Source: Naegleria gruberi
Lineage: Eukaryota
DNA: 64,000 nucleotides
Reading direction: 5' to 3' (one strand)
Assembly (NCBI GenBank): GCA_000004985.1
Contig: GG738872.1
In this document: positions 1 through 12,022 of the stretch, one piece after another
Numbering within the stretch: position 1 is the first letter of the stretch
Layout of the letters: every line of letters starts with the position of its first letter
Made by a program: the position numbers and the translations under genes
Notes under the pieces: model-generated
The model's input: only the letters and a program-made list of their open reading frames with translations
Told to the model about the DNA's origin: nothing
Database searches by the model: none

Positions 1-1428
1 TGCATATTGAATGATGGTGGTAGCTGGGTTTTCTGGATTAGAAAAGACAGAAAAGCCTTCTCTACTATTTTCAGACTTTTTCTTCTTTGGTTTGTCTCTG
101 GTCAAGCCCTTATCTTGTTCTTGACTGCTCATAAGAAGTGTCACATCAGCCCTCCACAAATCATCACTGAATGCAATTTCATTTCTTTGAACCTTTGTCT
201 TGAGATCCTCCAAATTGATTGTCAAGTTGAGTTTTTCACTAACTTGACAGAAGGCTTCACCTTCCTTTTCCAGGATTGAGTTTCGTTGCCTTATCATGTT
301 GATGATTGTACTCACCAACATTCTGAACCTATCCAAGGAAACTTCAATTGACACTGTTAAAGGAGTCTTTTTCCTATTAGAAACTGATTTACCACCAATT
401 ACAGTTTCAGGAATTGTATCGTCCATTATTTTCAAAACTGGAATTAATTGCATGAGACAATTCGACCAAATTTGAACATTTGTAATACCACCATTCACAA
501 TCACCTGTTGCACAGCATGGATACCCTTGTCCAATGTTGGAAAGAATTGAGTGGTTGGAGGGGAAGCACTAGACCTCGAATTTGAGTCCCTGGTTGATGT
601 TTGTAATTGATTACTTGATGATGAGGATGAAATAGGAGTGCTGTTGGAGGTAGGGGCTGAGTTTGCATTGTATCCACCTGGCAAACCAGTCATGGTTGAA
701 ATCATGGCTCCAAAATTACTCAAAGCACTGCTACTATTAGCTGCTGATGATTGTTTCGATGATTGTTGTGGCAAACTGGCCATTCCCATATTATTATTAT
801 TATTGGAATTTTGTTTGTAAGCATTTTGTGGTTGTTGTTGCTGAGCTGTTGTTGCTTGCACAACACCATTCATAGCAGTTGGTACCTGTTGCCTACTGGT
901 AGAAACAAGTTGTGGTTGTTGTTGCTGTTGTTGCTGTTGGGTCATACTTGTTAAATAGCTTTGTAACAACTTGTTATGTTGGAGAACTGTATTGTGAGCA
1001 TTGTGAAGGAATTGATTATTGTTGGTGGCAAAGATTTGTTGAGGATTTGTACTTGATGATCCATTCGAATAGAGAGATGATGTATCAAAGTACATTTGAT
1101 TGTCATTCTTTGATTGTTGGTCATCCATATCTTCATCATTGAGGAATTCCTCAACTCCTAGATCAAATTGACTTTCAATTGATTGCAATGCATTCAAGGC
1201 TTGATTGTATTGGTTTAATTCTTCAGTACTATTCATGCTACTCTGAGTACCTGGCATGGCAAATAAATTACCCCTCTGCAATGATTGTCTCTGTAGCTGA
1301 TTCAACAATTGTTGTTGGTGATGATTGGCTGCTGATTGTGAGGTTGATGCAGATGAGACATTGTTCTGCTGCTGCTGATTGCTGTTACCCGAAGTGGTAA
1401 CTTTTAAAGTAGAAGCATCAAAAAACAT
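1..1428 (-). CDS. Partial gene (ATG at 1428..1426, open reading frame continues off the window start) encoding a Gln/Asn/Ser-rich low-complexity protein. It has poly-Q tracts and a more ordered C-terminal part (…FFPTLDKGIHAVQQVIVNGGITNVQIWSNCLMQLIPVLKIMDD…). Function unknown.
   Basis: By-eye translation of the minus strand from the ATG (rc of cat at 1426-1428) gives about 476 codons without a stop to position 1. The plus-strand ORFs in the track here (638..1400, poly-L/C-rich) are the antisense of CAA/CAG repeats. Not listed in the ORF track because no stop occurs inside the window. Confidence 0.4.
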   Translation of the reverse strand, partial: MFFDASTLKVTTSGNSNQQQQNNVSSASTSQSAANHHQQQLLNQLQRQSLQRGNLFAMPGTQSSMNSTEELNQYNQALNALQSIESQFDLGVEEFLNDEDMDDQQSKNDNQMYFDTSSLYSNGSSSTNPQQIFATNNNQFLHNAHNTVLQHNKLLQSYLTSMTQQQQQQQQPQLVSTSRQQVPTAMNGVVQATTAQQQQPQNAYKQNSNNNNNMGMASLPQQSSKQSSAANSSSALSNFGAMISTMTGLPGGYNANSAPTSNSTPISSSSSSNQLQTSTRDSNSRSSASPPTTQFFPTLDKGIHAVQQVIVNGGITNVQIWSNCLMQLIPVLKIMDDTIPETVIGGKSVSNRKKTPLTVSIEVSLDRFRMLVSTIINMIRQRNSILEKEGEAFCQVSEKLNLTINLEDLKTKVQRNEIAFSDDLWRADVTLLMSSQEQDKGLTRDKPKKKKSENSREGFSVFSNPENPATTIIQYA

Positions 1429-2201
1429 TCTCTAAATCTTCATATATGTTTGATGCTGCAATAAATGGATAGAAACCCTATGGTGAATAGTGGTATTGTG
1501 TGTAAAAAGATTGCGTTCCTTTTTTTCGCTCAGGAATTAGTGGGTAGTTGCAGGTCTTTGTTCCAAGATTAAAACTTCTTGATAGCTATCGACTTTACGT
1601 TTTTCCAACTTTTTTTCTGTGGTTGATTTTTCCACGTGTTGCTTCTCAAGAATGACGGTTGGAAATTTTTTTCAGTTTTCAAGATAAAATTTCCAAGGAA
1701 TTTTTGTGATGAGCGGAAATGAGTGCTACAAATTATTCCTACCTTAAAATTGGACTAATATTTGATAGGAGTTACTTCTAGATGTGTTGTCAATTATTAA
1801 TTTACAATGTCTAACTACAATTTATGCTAAGAACTGGAAAGAACAGTTGTGTAAGATTGAAGATGAGACAAGAGAGAAGTTGTTCAATTTTTTGTGCGTA
1901 TTTGCCTTCAACACTCTTTTCAAACAACCACAATCTTCTTTGATCATCATTCTCAAATCTCCCTGAAACCTAAATAGAAACATTTCCATGGCTGATTTAC
2001 AACTGGAAACGAATGTAATTCAACATTTTTGTCCGAGGTAAAAACGCGAAATTTTTACAATGAGCATTACTCCAGGCTGATCATTTTACAAAGATCAAGG
2101 TGAACAGATATTGTGGAAAATTTTCTTGATGAAACAATGTACGAAAGGAAAATTGAAATATGGTTTATTTACAGATTGTGATTTCAAACTATCAGTGATG
2201 G

Positions 2202-3586
2202 TTAGAAGGAAAAACTCAAATAACTCAAACTTCCAAGATCATAGAATCTCTCAATAACCTTAGAGGTCTTCTCTTCGTGTGTCATACCCATTGCTACAAA
2301 CAAAGGTACATAGTGTTCACTTCTTGGAACAGCAGCTCTTGCATTTGGTGCAAACCTTTCGTATGCAAATAATTCTTCTGTGTTCCACTTGGAAATTCTG
2401 TCAACTAACCAATCATCAAACTCTACTGCCCATGCATCTGGAGTCTTCTTTCCCCAATTAACTCTTCCAAGATTATGAACTGTACTGCCACTTCCAATCA
2501 CTAAAACTTGTTCATTGGCAAGAGGAGCTAATGCCTTTCCAATATTGTAATGAGTTTCTATTGAGCTTCTTGGATCGACTGAGCATTGAACTACAGGAAT
2601 TTTTGCACCAGGGAAGAGAGTTTGCAAAACAACCCATGTACCATGATCGAGGCCTCTTTTATATTCTCTTCTTGATTTGATATTATTCTGATTGAGTAAT
2701 TGTTCTATTCTTTGAGCAACTTGTGGAGCACCTAATTAATCAATTCATACATTTTCGTATTGGTACAGTTCACAAATGTCAATCAATACAATTCAGTCAA
2801 CTTACCTTTAGCTGGATACTTGATAGTATACATCTCATCAGGGAATCCATAAAAATCATAAATTGTATCATAAACAGTATTAGCATCATGGAAAGTAATA
2901 GCAACTCCATTATTTGCAATTGAATCTTCCCAATGAGCAGTAAACACAACCACTGCCTTCGGAGCATCTTGTCCTTTATATTGCTTGGAAAGCTTGTTTC
3001 CCAAAAACTTATTCATGGCATGATCCAATTCAATGGCCAAAGTAGGAGCTCCATGAGCAATAAACAATGGTGCAATTCTATTCATTTTTTTCTCTTGAGT
3101 TGTTTTAATTTTTCCATTCTTGGATGATGGTTTTATAGTGCTGGCTACATCTGCTTCCTTCTCTGTCTGTACTACCTCTTTATCCTTAGTATTCTTCGGG
3201 TTGAGAGATTTGGAGAGTTTGGTTGGGTGATCAGATGCGTGCGTATTTTTTTCGAGTCCTTCAGTGGCGGGTTTCTTGAGGTCTTGTTTAGAGTTTTCCT
3301 TAATTGGAGGAGATGCTTCCTGAGGAATGCTGTGATGATTGTCATCATCATTAATAATATTTGAAGATGATGAAGATGAAGAACGAGTAAAGATTACAAG
3401 TAGAAGAGCACAACAAAAGCCGAATATTAACAAGCTCATGATAATTTTCAAAGATGAACCAGTGGATTGATTTTTGGAGATTTTATCTTCGGGAATGGGT
3501 TGCTCTTGATGAATAGGTTGTTGATAGTGATATTCCTTTGTTGCTGCTATCCTTCTCAAATGAATATCGTTGTTGCTGATGGACAT
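2202..3586 (-). CDS. Extradiol ring-cleavage dioxygenase, class III (LigB / YgiD / DOPA 4,5-dioxygenase family). It has an N-terminal extension containing a predicted TM helix (LLIFGFCCALLLVIF) and a Ser-rich linker. Two exons: complement(2806..3586) and complement(2202..2741); 64-nt intron 2742..2805 (gtaagt…attaattag).
   Basis: Translation shows the family core APLFIAHGAPTLAIELDHAMNKFLG…VVVFTAHWE…YDFYGFPDEMY (exon 1) continuing in phase 1 into …HGTWVVLQTLFPGAKIPVVQCSVDP…LVIGSGSTVHNL…RSEHYVPLFVAMG (exon 2). Splice phase was verified by hand (AAAG|gtaagt … ag|GTGCTCCACAA gives PAKG-APQV). The first real ATG is at 3586; the track start 3592 is TTG. Confidence 0.7.
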
Positions 3587-3958
3587 TATCAATTTCTTTT
3601 CTTTTTTTAAAATTGTTTTTTCATTAAATTTTAATTTGAAAAAATCATTTATAATACCTAAAAACCCTCTCTTTAATTATACCGATATGAATTCATTACA
3701 ATGCAATTAATGTTAGTTTGATACAGCTAAGTCAAAACATTGTAATTTTTAATAAATATCCATAAAAGGACAATTCATAGATTTTTCTTCTATTATGAAG
3801 AAAATGCAAGAAAATGCATTTCAAAATCTTCTAAATTCAATCCAAACAATACTTAAACCCTAATTGACCTCTCAAGGAGTATGATTCACAATTTCCTTAT
3901 TCGTTGTGATTTCAAACTTACTGTAATCCTTTCGGAGTTCTTTTCAAAATCCAAAAAA

Positions 3959-5703
3959 ATGATCCAACAACAAACTTTATTAACGAGACAAGTTGTGGTC
4001 ATCTTGTTATTGCTCGCTCTCATCTCTAGCCTAATTTCCGCAGCTAGTCTTGCTAATACTAATATTCCGTTCCCAAAGGATTTTAGATTTGGTGCTGCTA
4101 CTGCTGCCTATCAAATTGTATGTTTACAAATTGTTGTTAAAATAATTTGTTATAATAATGATCATCATGATGGTTATGTGTTTGATTAAATTATTATCAA
4201 ATTAAATTTATTATTGAATATAATATAATTAATTGGAATGTTACAATAATTTTATTATGATTGAATATTGAATATTGAATATTGATTATTGATTAATGAT
4301 TAATGATTTGGAAATGAATGTAGGAAGGAGCATATAAGGAAGATGGAAGAGGATTGAGTATTTGGGATACTTGGAGTCATATTCCTGGTAAAATTTATAA
4401 TAATCAAACAGGTGACATTGCTGATGATCACTATCATAAGGTAAAGGAAGATATTGCCCTGATGAAGAGTTTGGGAGTTAAGAATTATAGAATGTCAATT
4501 AGTTGGCCTCGTATTCTTCCAACTGGTCTTTTGAAACATGGTATTAATCAAAAAGGTATTGATTATTACAATATGGAAATTAATGAACTTGTTAGAAATG
4601 GAATTAATGTTGCAGTTACATTGTATCACTGGGATTTACCACAATATTTACAAGATACTTATGGAGGTTGGTTAAATTCTAAGGAAACTGTTCAAGCTTT
4701 TAGAGATTTTTCTGATATTTGTTTTGCTCATTTTGGAGATCGTGTTAAGGATTGGATTACTTTCAATGAACCATTCATTACATCTGTATTGGGACATGGT
4801 TGCAATGATTGGGCTCCAGGATTGGGTTGTGGATCAAGTCCTGCTGGAAATAGCTCAAATATGCCTTATATGGCTGCTCACTCTCAACTATTGGCCCATG
4901 CTCATGCTGTTAAGGTCTATCGTGACAAGTATCAACAAGACCAACAAGGTAGAATTGGTATTACCCTCAATTCCAATTTTTACTACCCTCTCACAAATAC
5001 CAAGGAAGATTATGAAGCTTGTGAAAGAGCTCTCTTATTTGGTTTTGGTTGGTTTGCTGATCCAGTTTTCTTTGGAGATTATCCTCAAGTAATGAAGGAT
5101 TTCGTTGAAGGAAATAGACTTCCACTTTTCACTGAGCAAGAAAAGAGATTATTGAAGGGTTCAGTTGACTTTATTGGACTTAACCATTATACTAGTAATT
5201 ATATTGGAAATAGAAAATCACCATTACCACCAGTTAATCAAAGAACTTTCAATGATGACCAAAGAACCGAAGGCTCTAGTTACAAGAATGGTGTTCCTAT
5301 TGGTCCAAAAGCTGAATCTGATTGGCTCTTTGTCTATCCACCAGGAATCAGATCCATGTTGAATTGGATTCAAAAGAGATATAATCCACAAATGATTTAT
5401 GTGACTGAGAATGGTGTTGATGCTCCAGGTGAAAGCTCAATGCCAATTAGTCAAGCTTTGAACGACACTTTTAGAGTTAACTATTTACATGACTATCTCA
5501 CAGAGGTATCCAATGCAGTGATGCAAGATGGTGTTAATGTTAAGGCCTACTTTGTTTGGTCAATGATGGATAACTTTGAATGGACCAATGGTTATAGTTG
5601 TCGTTTTGGTGTTGTCTTTGTTGACTATAATAGTCCTAATCTTACAAGATATGTCAAGAACTCTGCCAAGTGGTACAGTGAGTTGGTTAAACCATACAAC
5701 TAG
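3959..5703 (+). CDS. Secreted glycoside hydrolase family 1 beta-glucosidase. Exons 3959..4117 and 4324..5703; 206-nt AT-rich intron 4118..4323 (gtatgt…gaatgtag).
   Basis: N-terminal signal peptide (MIQQQTLLTRQVVVILLLLALISSLISAASLA). GH1 hallmarks FGAATAAYQI|EGAYKEDGRGLSIWDTWSH span the intron in phase 0. NEP acid/base motif (ITFNEPF) and TENG nucleophile motif (IYVTENGVD) are present. Ends with TAG at 5701-5703. Confidence 0.85.
4258..4308. repeat. Imperfect AT-rich microsatellite (gaatattga / tgattaatga units) inside the GH1 intron.
   Basis: Direct reading: ttgaatattgaatattgaatattgattattgattaatgattaatgatt. Confidence 0.5.
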
Positions 5704-6085
5704 ATCAATAAACAACACTAAAGGATTGTAAAGTGGTTTTCATCAGTGGAAGTTATTCATAAAGATTTATATCCTTTAAGGCAGGTTCCAAGGTTGATTT
5801 AAACATGAAGAATGCTTAAAGTATTCAAAATTGAGAAAGAAAACCGCAGGATGGAATGAATGGGAATTTTGCTCAAATGTAGCCAATGATTCAGTGAAAA
5901 GAGGAATTGATGCAATATTCTATTAGAAATTTATCAAATGGAAATTGTAAAATATCAATTTTCCTCTATTACTGTTCGTACTAACTCTGTAAAGTACTCT
6001 CCATAAAAATTTAAATAATGATTAGGAAATTAAACAAAATTGAACCGTGTCAGTTCTTCTTTGAATGATACTACTATTCAATATA

Positions 6086-7076
6086 TCATTCCTTTTTTAC
6101 TCCTTCTCTTTTAGTAACTAATACTTTCTGATTATTGGGTATATGCAGATTTGAATAAACCAATTGGGATGGATCACTCAAAAACCAACCATTTATCTGC
6201 TCTGCCAATTTACAATTATGAGTTTTAAATATTTTGGCAGTCATTGGAATAATTAATTGTTTTGTCCAATCTGGATCTCCTTCATTGACCATGAATGGCT
6301 CCTGTGAATTGGTTTTGAAAATAATTCCCTCACTTATTGATCCTTGTCCTCTCTAATATATTTGAGATGAGAGAAATAAATTACTTTCCACATTTCACAA
6401 AGCTACAGAGTAAACTTACCTCACAATCGAAAGGTTTCACCATGCTCAATCTCTTATAAATTTTCACACATTCTCCATATTGAATAGTCGAAGCAAGAAT
6501 TAAAGTGTTATCAAAATAAACATCAGGTTGATTGAGATATAAAACAGTCCTATCCTTCAAATATTCATTGCAATATTTCAAGAATATTGATCTATTAATC
6601 TCTTTTCCAATGTGGCGAATTTTAATCTTATTCGAAAATAATAATGACATGATATCTGAATCTAAACTATTGTCAATTTGAAGTAAATGATATTCCGAAA
6701 CTGATGGATTCAATAAATTCATCTGTATGCTCGTTAATAAATCAAGGAAAAACACATTATCTTTATCCGAAAGTCCAACAATTAATTGTGAAACAATCAC
6801 AACATTCGGTAATTCACTAATTTCATCATTTCTAATTAATTTCACAAATTCCAATTGTTGTTTTTGTGCTATTTTCATAAAATCACCATATTCATTCGAA
6901 TTATATAGCCTTTGTCTTGAAAATGGCACAGAATACGAAAGTGTCGATTCCTTTCGAATATCTTCAAAGACATGTTGTTTATCTTGCCTCATCACAAAAA
7001 GAAATTCTAATATCACAAGAAATAATATCCCCGAAGAAATTGCCATCACAAATCGCCTCTTTGTACTAATCGCCAT
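6086..7076 (-). CDS. Hypothetical type-II membrane protein (N-terminal TM anchor ISSGILFLVILEFLFV), function unknown. Two exons: complement(6420..7076) and complement(6086..6352); 67-nt intron 6353..6419 (gtaagt…tatattag).
   Basis: ORF-track ORFs 6381..7151 and 6086..6292 are joined in phase 0 by a consensus gtaagt donor directly after …KPFDCE and a tatattag acceptor. The first in-frame ATG (MAISTKRR…) is at about 7076; the track start is a TTG. No recognisable family motif. Coordinates near 7150 may be off by 1. Confidence 0.35.
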
Positions 7077-7159
7077 TTTTTTTTGAATTTTTTCAATCCT
7101 ATTCGAAACTTTATTACAATAAAATATATTATTGAAATAAACAACTTTCAATCCTCTAC

Positions 7160-7795
7160 TTAATTTCCATTCTCCACCACATTCGAAACCATTCTTCCAA
7201 TTTCTATCCTAATCTCTTCCCGTCTCATTTCCTCAATCTCCAACAATGCATCAGCCAACTCTTCCTGAACCCTCATCATTTTCTCATATAATTCCTGAAC
7301 CATCTCAAATGTAACCTCCTCCATGCACATTTCGACATCTCCTGCTGTTGTGGCTCCACCGCTCGATTTGAATTCTGAAATTTTACTGAAACAAAAATTT
7401 TTGAGATGTGTTGCATGTTGTGAGGTCTGGGAGAGAGTGGATAAAGTTTGAGTGAGTGGAAGGGAGTGGCTGGTTGATTGGTTCAGGGTGTGATGAGGAA
7501 CATGTGGGGCATGTGTTGGTGATGCATGTTGGGAAGTTTCGTTTGTGGAGTTTCGAATAAGTGAGGAGGTTGTGATGGTTAGATTGGAAAGAAGAGTGTT
7601 GAGTTCTGGAAGGGATGTAGTGTGGTTAGTTCGCATCTTTCTTCTCTTGGAAATTTTTGATGTTGGAGCTTTGTTCAATGGCATGTCTGAAGGTTTCGAA
7701 TAGATTATTGTTTGGTTGATTTTTTGTGTATTATTTACAATCAGTTTAGTTGTGGTTTTCTCATGTGTTTTGTGGGAAGAAACCATAGGAATCAT
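7160..7795 (-). CDS. Hypothetical protein: Thr/Ser/His/Pro-rich low-complexity N-terminal half and an acidic C-terminal helical region (…EVTFEMVQELYEKMMRVQEELADALLEIEEMRREEIRIEIGRM…).
   Basis: 211-aa ORF with a genuine ATG (rc of cat at 7793-7795). It lies directly upstream of, and on the same strand as, the 6086..7076 gene; a single larger gene cannot be excluded. Confidence 0.3.
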   Translation of the reverse strand: MIPMVSSHKTHEKTTTKLIVNNTQKINQTIIYSKPSDMPLNKAPTSKISKRRKMRTNHTTSLPELNTLLSNLTITTSSLIRNSTNETSQHASPTHAPHVPHHTLNQSTSHSLPLTQTLSTLSQTSQHATHLKNFCFSKISEFKSSGGATTAGDVEMCMEEVTFEMVQELYEKMMRVQEELADALLEIEEMRREEIRIEIGRMVSNVVENGN

Positions 7796-8645
7796 TGTTT
7801 TGGTTGAGAACTGTTATAATTATCCATGACATTCTGACACGATGAAAAACTGGATTTATAAGAAAGTGTCGTGAACTAGCAAATATACTAAACTGTACTA
7901 ATAGGTTAAATACGAAACGAAACTATTTAGTAACTCAAAATTCATTAAGGTGATAGATTCCCCACCATACTTACCAAATAGTTTAGTTTAGTTTTAAATT
8001 ATGACATTACATTCCACAACAAACAAATAAAATTTACTTTCGATTTTTTACGTATCTGCTGTCTATGTGAAAATTTGGCTCCTTACAAAAAAGTCACATT
8101 TCACAGTGATCCAAGGATCTATTGGGCAAACGAACGGATCTGCATTCTCGAAGGACAGTACTATTCTATCTTGTTTTGTTCATGGAAAAAAGTGTTGAGT
8201 ACTAAAGGTGATGATGTTAAGGAACGTGCTGTGGTTGAAACATAAAGTTTGGAGTGTAGGAAAAACGTGTGGTTGTTCTGATGAGTCCGATTCATGGTTT
8301 TTTTATCGATGAATCTCAAAAAAAGTCAAAATTGGCAAGATGGTTTTCTTATGTTAAAAAGCTCAAAAAGTTGAATGAGAATAATTGAACAAATTAATTT
8401 TTGAGCAAAAACGGAAAGGAAAGTGGAGAAATTTCAGTGGGGAATTGAGCTGCTCTTTAAAGTAAACGTCGACTAGGAAGATTCTTACAAAACTAATTTG
8501 CAATGGAATTTATCAAAAAAACACCTTAATAAGATTCAAAACAAAATATTGGCTCCATTATTCCTTATTGACTAAATTTCTAATAAAAATCTAAGTTAAC
8601 TTTGTCACAATTTAATAAAATTTAAATATTAAATTACAAAAAAAA

Positions 8646-9212
8646 ATGTTTAATCAACAACGTAATAATTACATGATGGGAGGAGGTTCAGGAAGTGGCC
8701 AAATACAACCCTCCTACATGTACAATGATATGATATCTCCATCCTCCTCATCAATGATGAGAAATAATTCTCCCTACATGAATTCCGATCCCTACTATAA
8801 TCCCATGTCGAATAGGAGAGGCTATTATGATAATTACATGATTGGTAATGAACCTCTCTATCATGAAGATAAATTATTTGATGAGGATTTATTAATGTAT
8901 GATCGACCAACATATCGTCCGAGTCGAATGATTGCCAATCCAGATTTTGGTAATTTTAATTATAAGAAGGGATATACGGCTGAGGTTTGGTTGAATGATG
9001 GAGAGACTGTTGTGTTGAGTGGAGATTCGAGAAAGAAAACCTATAGAACACATTATAGTCCAGAGTATTTGAGGAGTTTCTTTTTTGGATGGGTTGGAAG
9101 ATTGATTCGTTACTTGTGGATGGATCGATTGTTTGGACTTCATGTGGACACAGTTAAGGAGGTCAAGACGAAGAATTATATTTTCGTTACGGCTCAACTT
9201 CTTTCTGAATAG
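8646..9212 (+). CDS. Hypothetical protein with a prion-like N/Y/M/S-rich N-terminus and an ordered C-terminal domain (…YKKGYTAEVWLNDGETVVLSGDSRKKTYRTHYSPEYLRSFFFGWVGRLIRYLWMDRLFGLHVD…).
   Basis: 188-aa ORF with ATG at 8646. It is convergent with the downstream minus-strand golgin gene, with about 90 bp between the stops. Confidence 0.4.
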   Translation: MFNQQRNNYMMGGGSGSGQIQPSYMYNDMISPSSSSMMRNNSPYMNSDPYYNPMSNRRGYYDNYMIGNEPLYHEDKLFDEDLLMYDRPTYRPSRMIANPDFGNFNYKKGYTAEVWLNDGETVVLSGDSRKKTYRTHYSPEYLRSFFFGWVGRLIRYLWMDRLFGLHVDTVKEVKTKNYIFVTAQLLSE

Positions 9213-9301
9213 TAGTTTTTTGGAATATGATAATATGTATTTCATATTGAGAATATTACGAAATATTACGAAAGAAGATTTGGAAAAAGAAAATGTTATT
9301 T

Positions 9302-11324
9302 TCATGTTTTGAGTGTTTCAATTTCTTTCAAAAGAGATGAGATTTGAGTCCTAAAAGTTTCCTTGACATATTTGAATTCTTCTTGAATGGTTTGGAGCGC
9401 TTCTTCCTTTTCACCAATTAAATCTAAAGCTGCCTCGTATCTAAACTTGAGATCATTAAATTGTTTCAGAGTGAGTTCCTTTTCATTAATTTCATTGGCA
9501 AGTGTTTGATTGGTTTGCTTGTACATGGCCAATCGTTCAGATAAATCTTCCTTAATTTCTTCCAAATCTCTAATCTGTACAAAGAGTGTTTTGATCTTGT
9601 TATTCTTCTTTTCTATAATTTCTAAAAGCTCGCTATTAGTTAAATTTATCATCTCTGTTTCATTTTCTGTGGCTTGTTCTGTTTCGTCTGATGTCATTTG
9701 AGGGGTGGATTGATTTGAAGCTGCATGTTCAGAGGATGTTGTTTCATATGGTACAGTGTGATGGTTGGTATTACTATTCGAGGAGTTCTTTTCCAATTCA
9801 GCATTCAATTTCCTTATTGTTTCATGGAGTTCATTAATTTGTTGTTCCAAATAGTGATTGTCTTCTTGTGATCTTTTGAGTGATGTTTTAATTGCAGAGA
9901 CAGAGGTTTCAATTTCTACTCTCTTGGATCGTTCTTGCTCAGTTTTTTGCCTTTCTGTATTCAAAATTTCTTTCATTTGTTGAATATCACCTTCCAGCTC
10001 TTGATTATTTTGTTTTAATCGTTCTGTAAGCTTTGTCAATCTGGTAACCTCCTGCTCAGTTAGTTTGAGATTATTCTCTGCAATTTGTAACTTGGTTTGG
10101 AACTTTTTCTCCTTCTCTGATGAGAGATTGGCCTTTGTCGTTGTCGATTGTTCCAAAGATTGAATCTGTTCCAATAATGGTTTAGTAGCATCAGGAATGA
10201 GAGACATTATTTCTTGAGATTTATCCTCCAAGTCTCTGTGCTTCTTCATCCATAGTTCAACATCCTTCTTTAGAGTTTCTACCTTTTCGTCTGCAGAGGA
10301 GTTCGCATTGGAAACTGTCTCTCTGAGTTGATCAATAGTTTGTTGGAGTTCCAATAATTCCGCCTCATGTTTTCTATTCAGCTCATTAATCTTGACCTCC
10401 AATTCGAAACTGTACTCCTTTCTCAATGATGCAATTGTGGTCTTGTTTTGCTCATTTTCATTTTTAACTTGTGTAAGATTACCCTCCAAAGTTTCAATTT
10501 GTTTCTTGTAAGAGTCAATTTGTGTATTTTGTTGTTCAAGTTTGTCCTCAACTCGTTTTTGTTCCATTTCCTTGATTTGAGCTTCAAACTTTTCCTTCAA
10601 TTGTTTGAGAGATTCCTTTTCTTGTGTTTCCTTAGCTAGTTGTTCATTCAATTCACTAATAGTCTTTTCCTTTGCCTGCACTTCCTTCTTTAATTGTTCC
10701 TTATCTCTTCTGAGTGCTGCTGTTTTATTTTCCTCCTTTCCTAATCTTGTACTAAATTCCTCCTTCAATGTATCAAATTGTTTTGCCTTTTCCCTTGTTT
10801 CCATAGTCAAGTCATCGTGCAATGTTTGAACTTTAGATTTTTCCTTTTCCAATTGTTTGATTTTGCTCAAATGCTCTTCAATTGTTTTAGCTTGTTCATC
10901 CTGTTGTTCCAAATGATGTTTGGTAGCTTTTTCAAGTCTATTGTGACATTAGCATTTCATCAAATTAAACGTAAACAACAACTGATTGAAAAACCTACGC
11001 CTCTATTTGTTCCCTCAATTCTGTAACAATTGGTTGTTCTTTACTTCCATCATAAAGTACCACTTTAATTGATGGCGTTTTCTCTTTACTAGAATCTACA
11101 GCCAAAGTTGATGCTGCTGTTGTTGATAAATTATTACTACTGCTACTAGTTTTGATGATCGATGGAGAATTTATTTTGCTTTCCGATGTACTTTTCGATG
11201 GTGTGCTAGCAACAGAGGTTGAAGATTTACTACTCTTCTTCTCATCCTTCTTTTCCTCTCCTTCTGTAGAGAGGGCCTTGTCGATGGTACTCTCAATGTG
11301 AGAGAGGAAGGAAGCAAAATTCAT
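9302..11324 (-). CDS. TMF/ARA160-like Golgi coiled-coil protein (TATA element modulatory factor family). Two exons: complement(10999..11324) and complement(9302..10937); 61-nt intron 10938..10998 (gtaggt…cacaatag).
   Basis: Long uninterrupted coiled coil (heptad-rich E/K/Q/L sequence). The C-terminus FRYEAALDLIGEKEEALQTIQEEFKYVKETFRTQISSLLKEIE matches the conserved TMF C-terminal (TMF_TATA_bd-type) pattern RY.A.L.L.GEK.E……VK..Y..QI..LL. The track start at 10912 is a TTG. The ORF is open upstream and joins the ATG-initiated 10995..11324 ORF through a phase-2 GC|gtaggt donor and cacaatag|A acceptor, checked by hand. Confidence 0.6.
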
Positions 11325-11551
11325 TTTTTTAACCTGTTTTGCTTGGTTTCAAATCCACTGTATCGATGATGTAATGAAGATGTCTTTCATGATGATGATA
11401 AATATCATGCCAAGTTGTTATTGTAAATAAATTTCATTCCAAATAGTAATACTAATAATATAAATATAATATTATTATTAAATTAATATAATTGTTTTTT
11501 TAATTGATGTGTGTAAGTGGCCCAAAACCATCATTGTTGTACATTTTCTAT

Positions 11552-12022
11552 TTACCATTCTTCTTCTTCCTTTCTGTACTTGAATTTATCAGAATAACTC
11601 TTTCCACCCAAATCTTCAAGGTTCTTTGAATCTTCTGGATCTTCAATTTCATAAATATAACCATGTCTCTTGCAATAATCGATGGCATCTTCCTTTGAAT
11701 TGAAAAAGACATAGGTAGTCAACAATGGGTCATTACTAGCGTTCCAACCCATCAAAGGATCATGCCAGAATTCACCGTGAACAGATTGTTTCTTCCATTC
11801 CAATTTCCACTTGAGAGTATTAGAAATACCTTGTTGAGTAACAACTTTAGTTGGCTTATAAATTCTAACAGTTCTAGACATTTGTTCCTTTGGAACACCA
11901 GAAATTAAACTTCCGAAGCCGGATGGCTTTTCTGAAGAATAAAAACGTGTTGTTGATGATGAAGAAATCTTGTTCAAAGAAGATTTGCTCAACAACTTGG
12001 AGAGTGAGTTGAAGCTGCGCAT
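11552..12022 (-). CDS. NDUFS4: NADH:ubiquinone oxidoreductase (complex I) 18-kDa subunit NDUFS4 (AQDQ), with mitochondrial presequence.
   Basis: 156-aa single-exon ORF with ATG at 12022. Arg/Ser-rich presequence MRSFNSLSKLLSKSSLNK…RFYSS, then the family signature …WKLEWKKQSVHGEFWHDPLMGWNASNDPLLTTYVFFNSKEDAIDYCKRHGYIYEIEDP (compare NDUFS4 W.NPLMGW.S..DPL…F.SKEDA..FA.K.GW.Y.I). Confidence 0.85.
   Translation of the reverse strand: MRSFNSLSKLLSKSSLNKISSSSTTRFYSSEKPSGFGSLISGVPKEQMSRTVRIYKPTKVVTQQGISNTLKWKLEWKKQSVHGEFWHDPLMGWNASNDPLLTTYVFFNSKEDAIDYCKRHGYIYEIEDPEDSKNLEDLGGKSYSDKFKYRKEEEEW

Noticed and set aside
638-1400. Plus-strand ORFs in the track (638..820, 763..954, 912..1142, 1179..1400) encoding poly-L/C-rich peptides
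   Set aside because: They are the antisense of a minus-strand CAA/CAG-rich (poly-Q) coding region that is open from 1428 to the window start. They are composition artefacts, not genes.
4724-5362. Internal alternative-frame ORFs (4724..5092, 5165..5362) inside the GH1 gene
   Set aside because: They overlap a strongly supported beta-glucosidase reading frame and have no independent start context. They are out-of-frame noise.
6727-7086. Plus-strand 119-aa ORF overlapping the minus-strand membrane-protein gene
   Set aside because: Antisense overlap with a longer ORF, and low-complexity translation.
10912-10912. ORF-track start codons at 10912, 19665, 55834, 56968, 3592, 7151 and 4354, taken as real translation starts
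   Set aside because: Inspection of the DNA shows these are TTG/GTG codons; the track evidently permits alternative starts. Real ATGs and upstream exons were re-derived instead.
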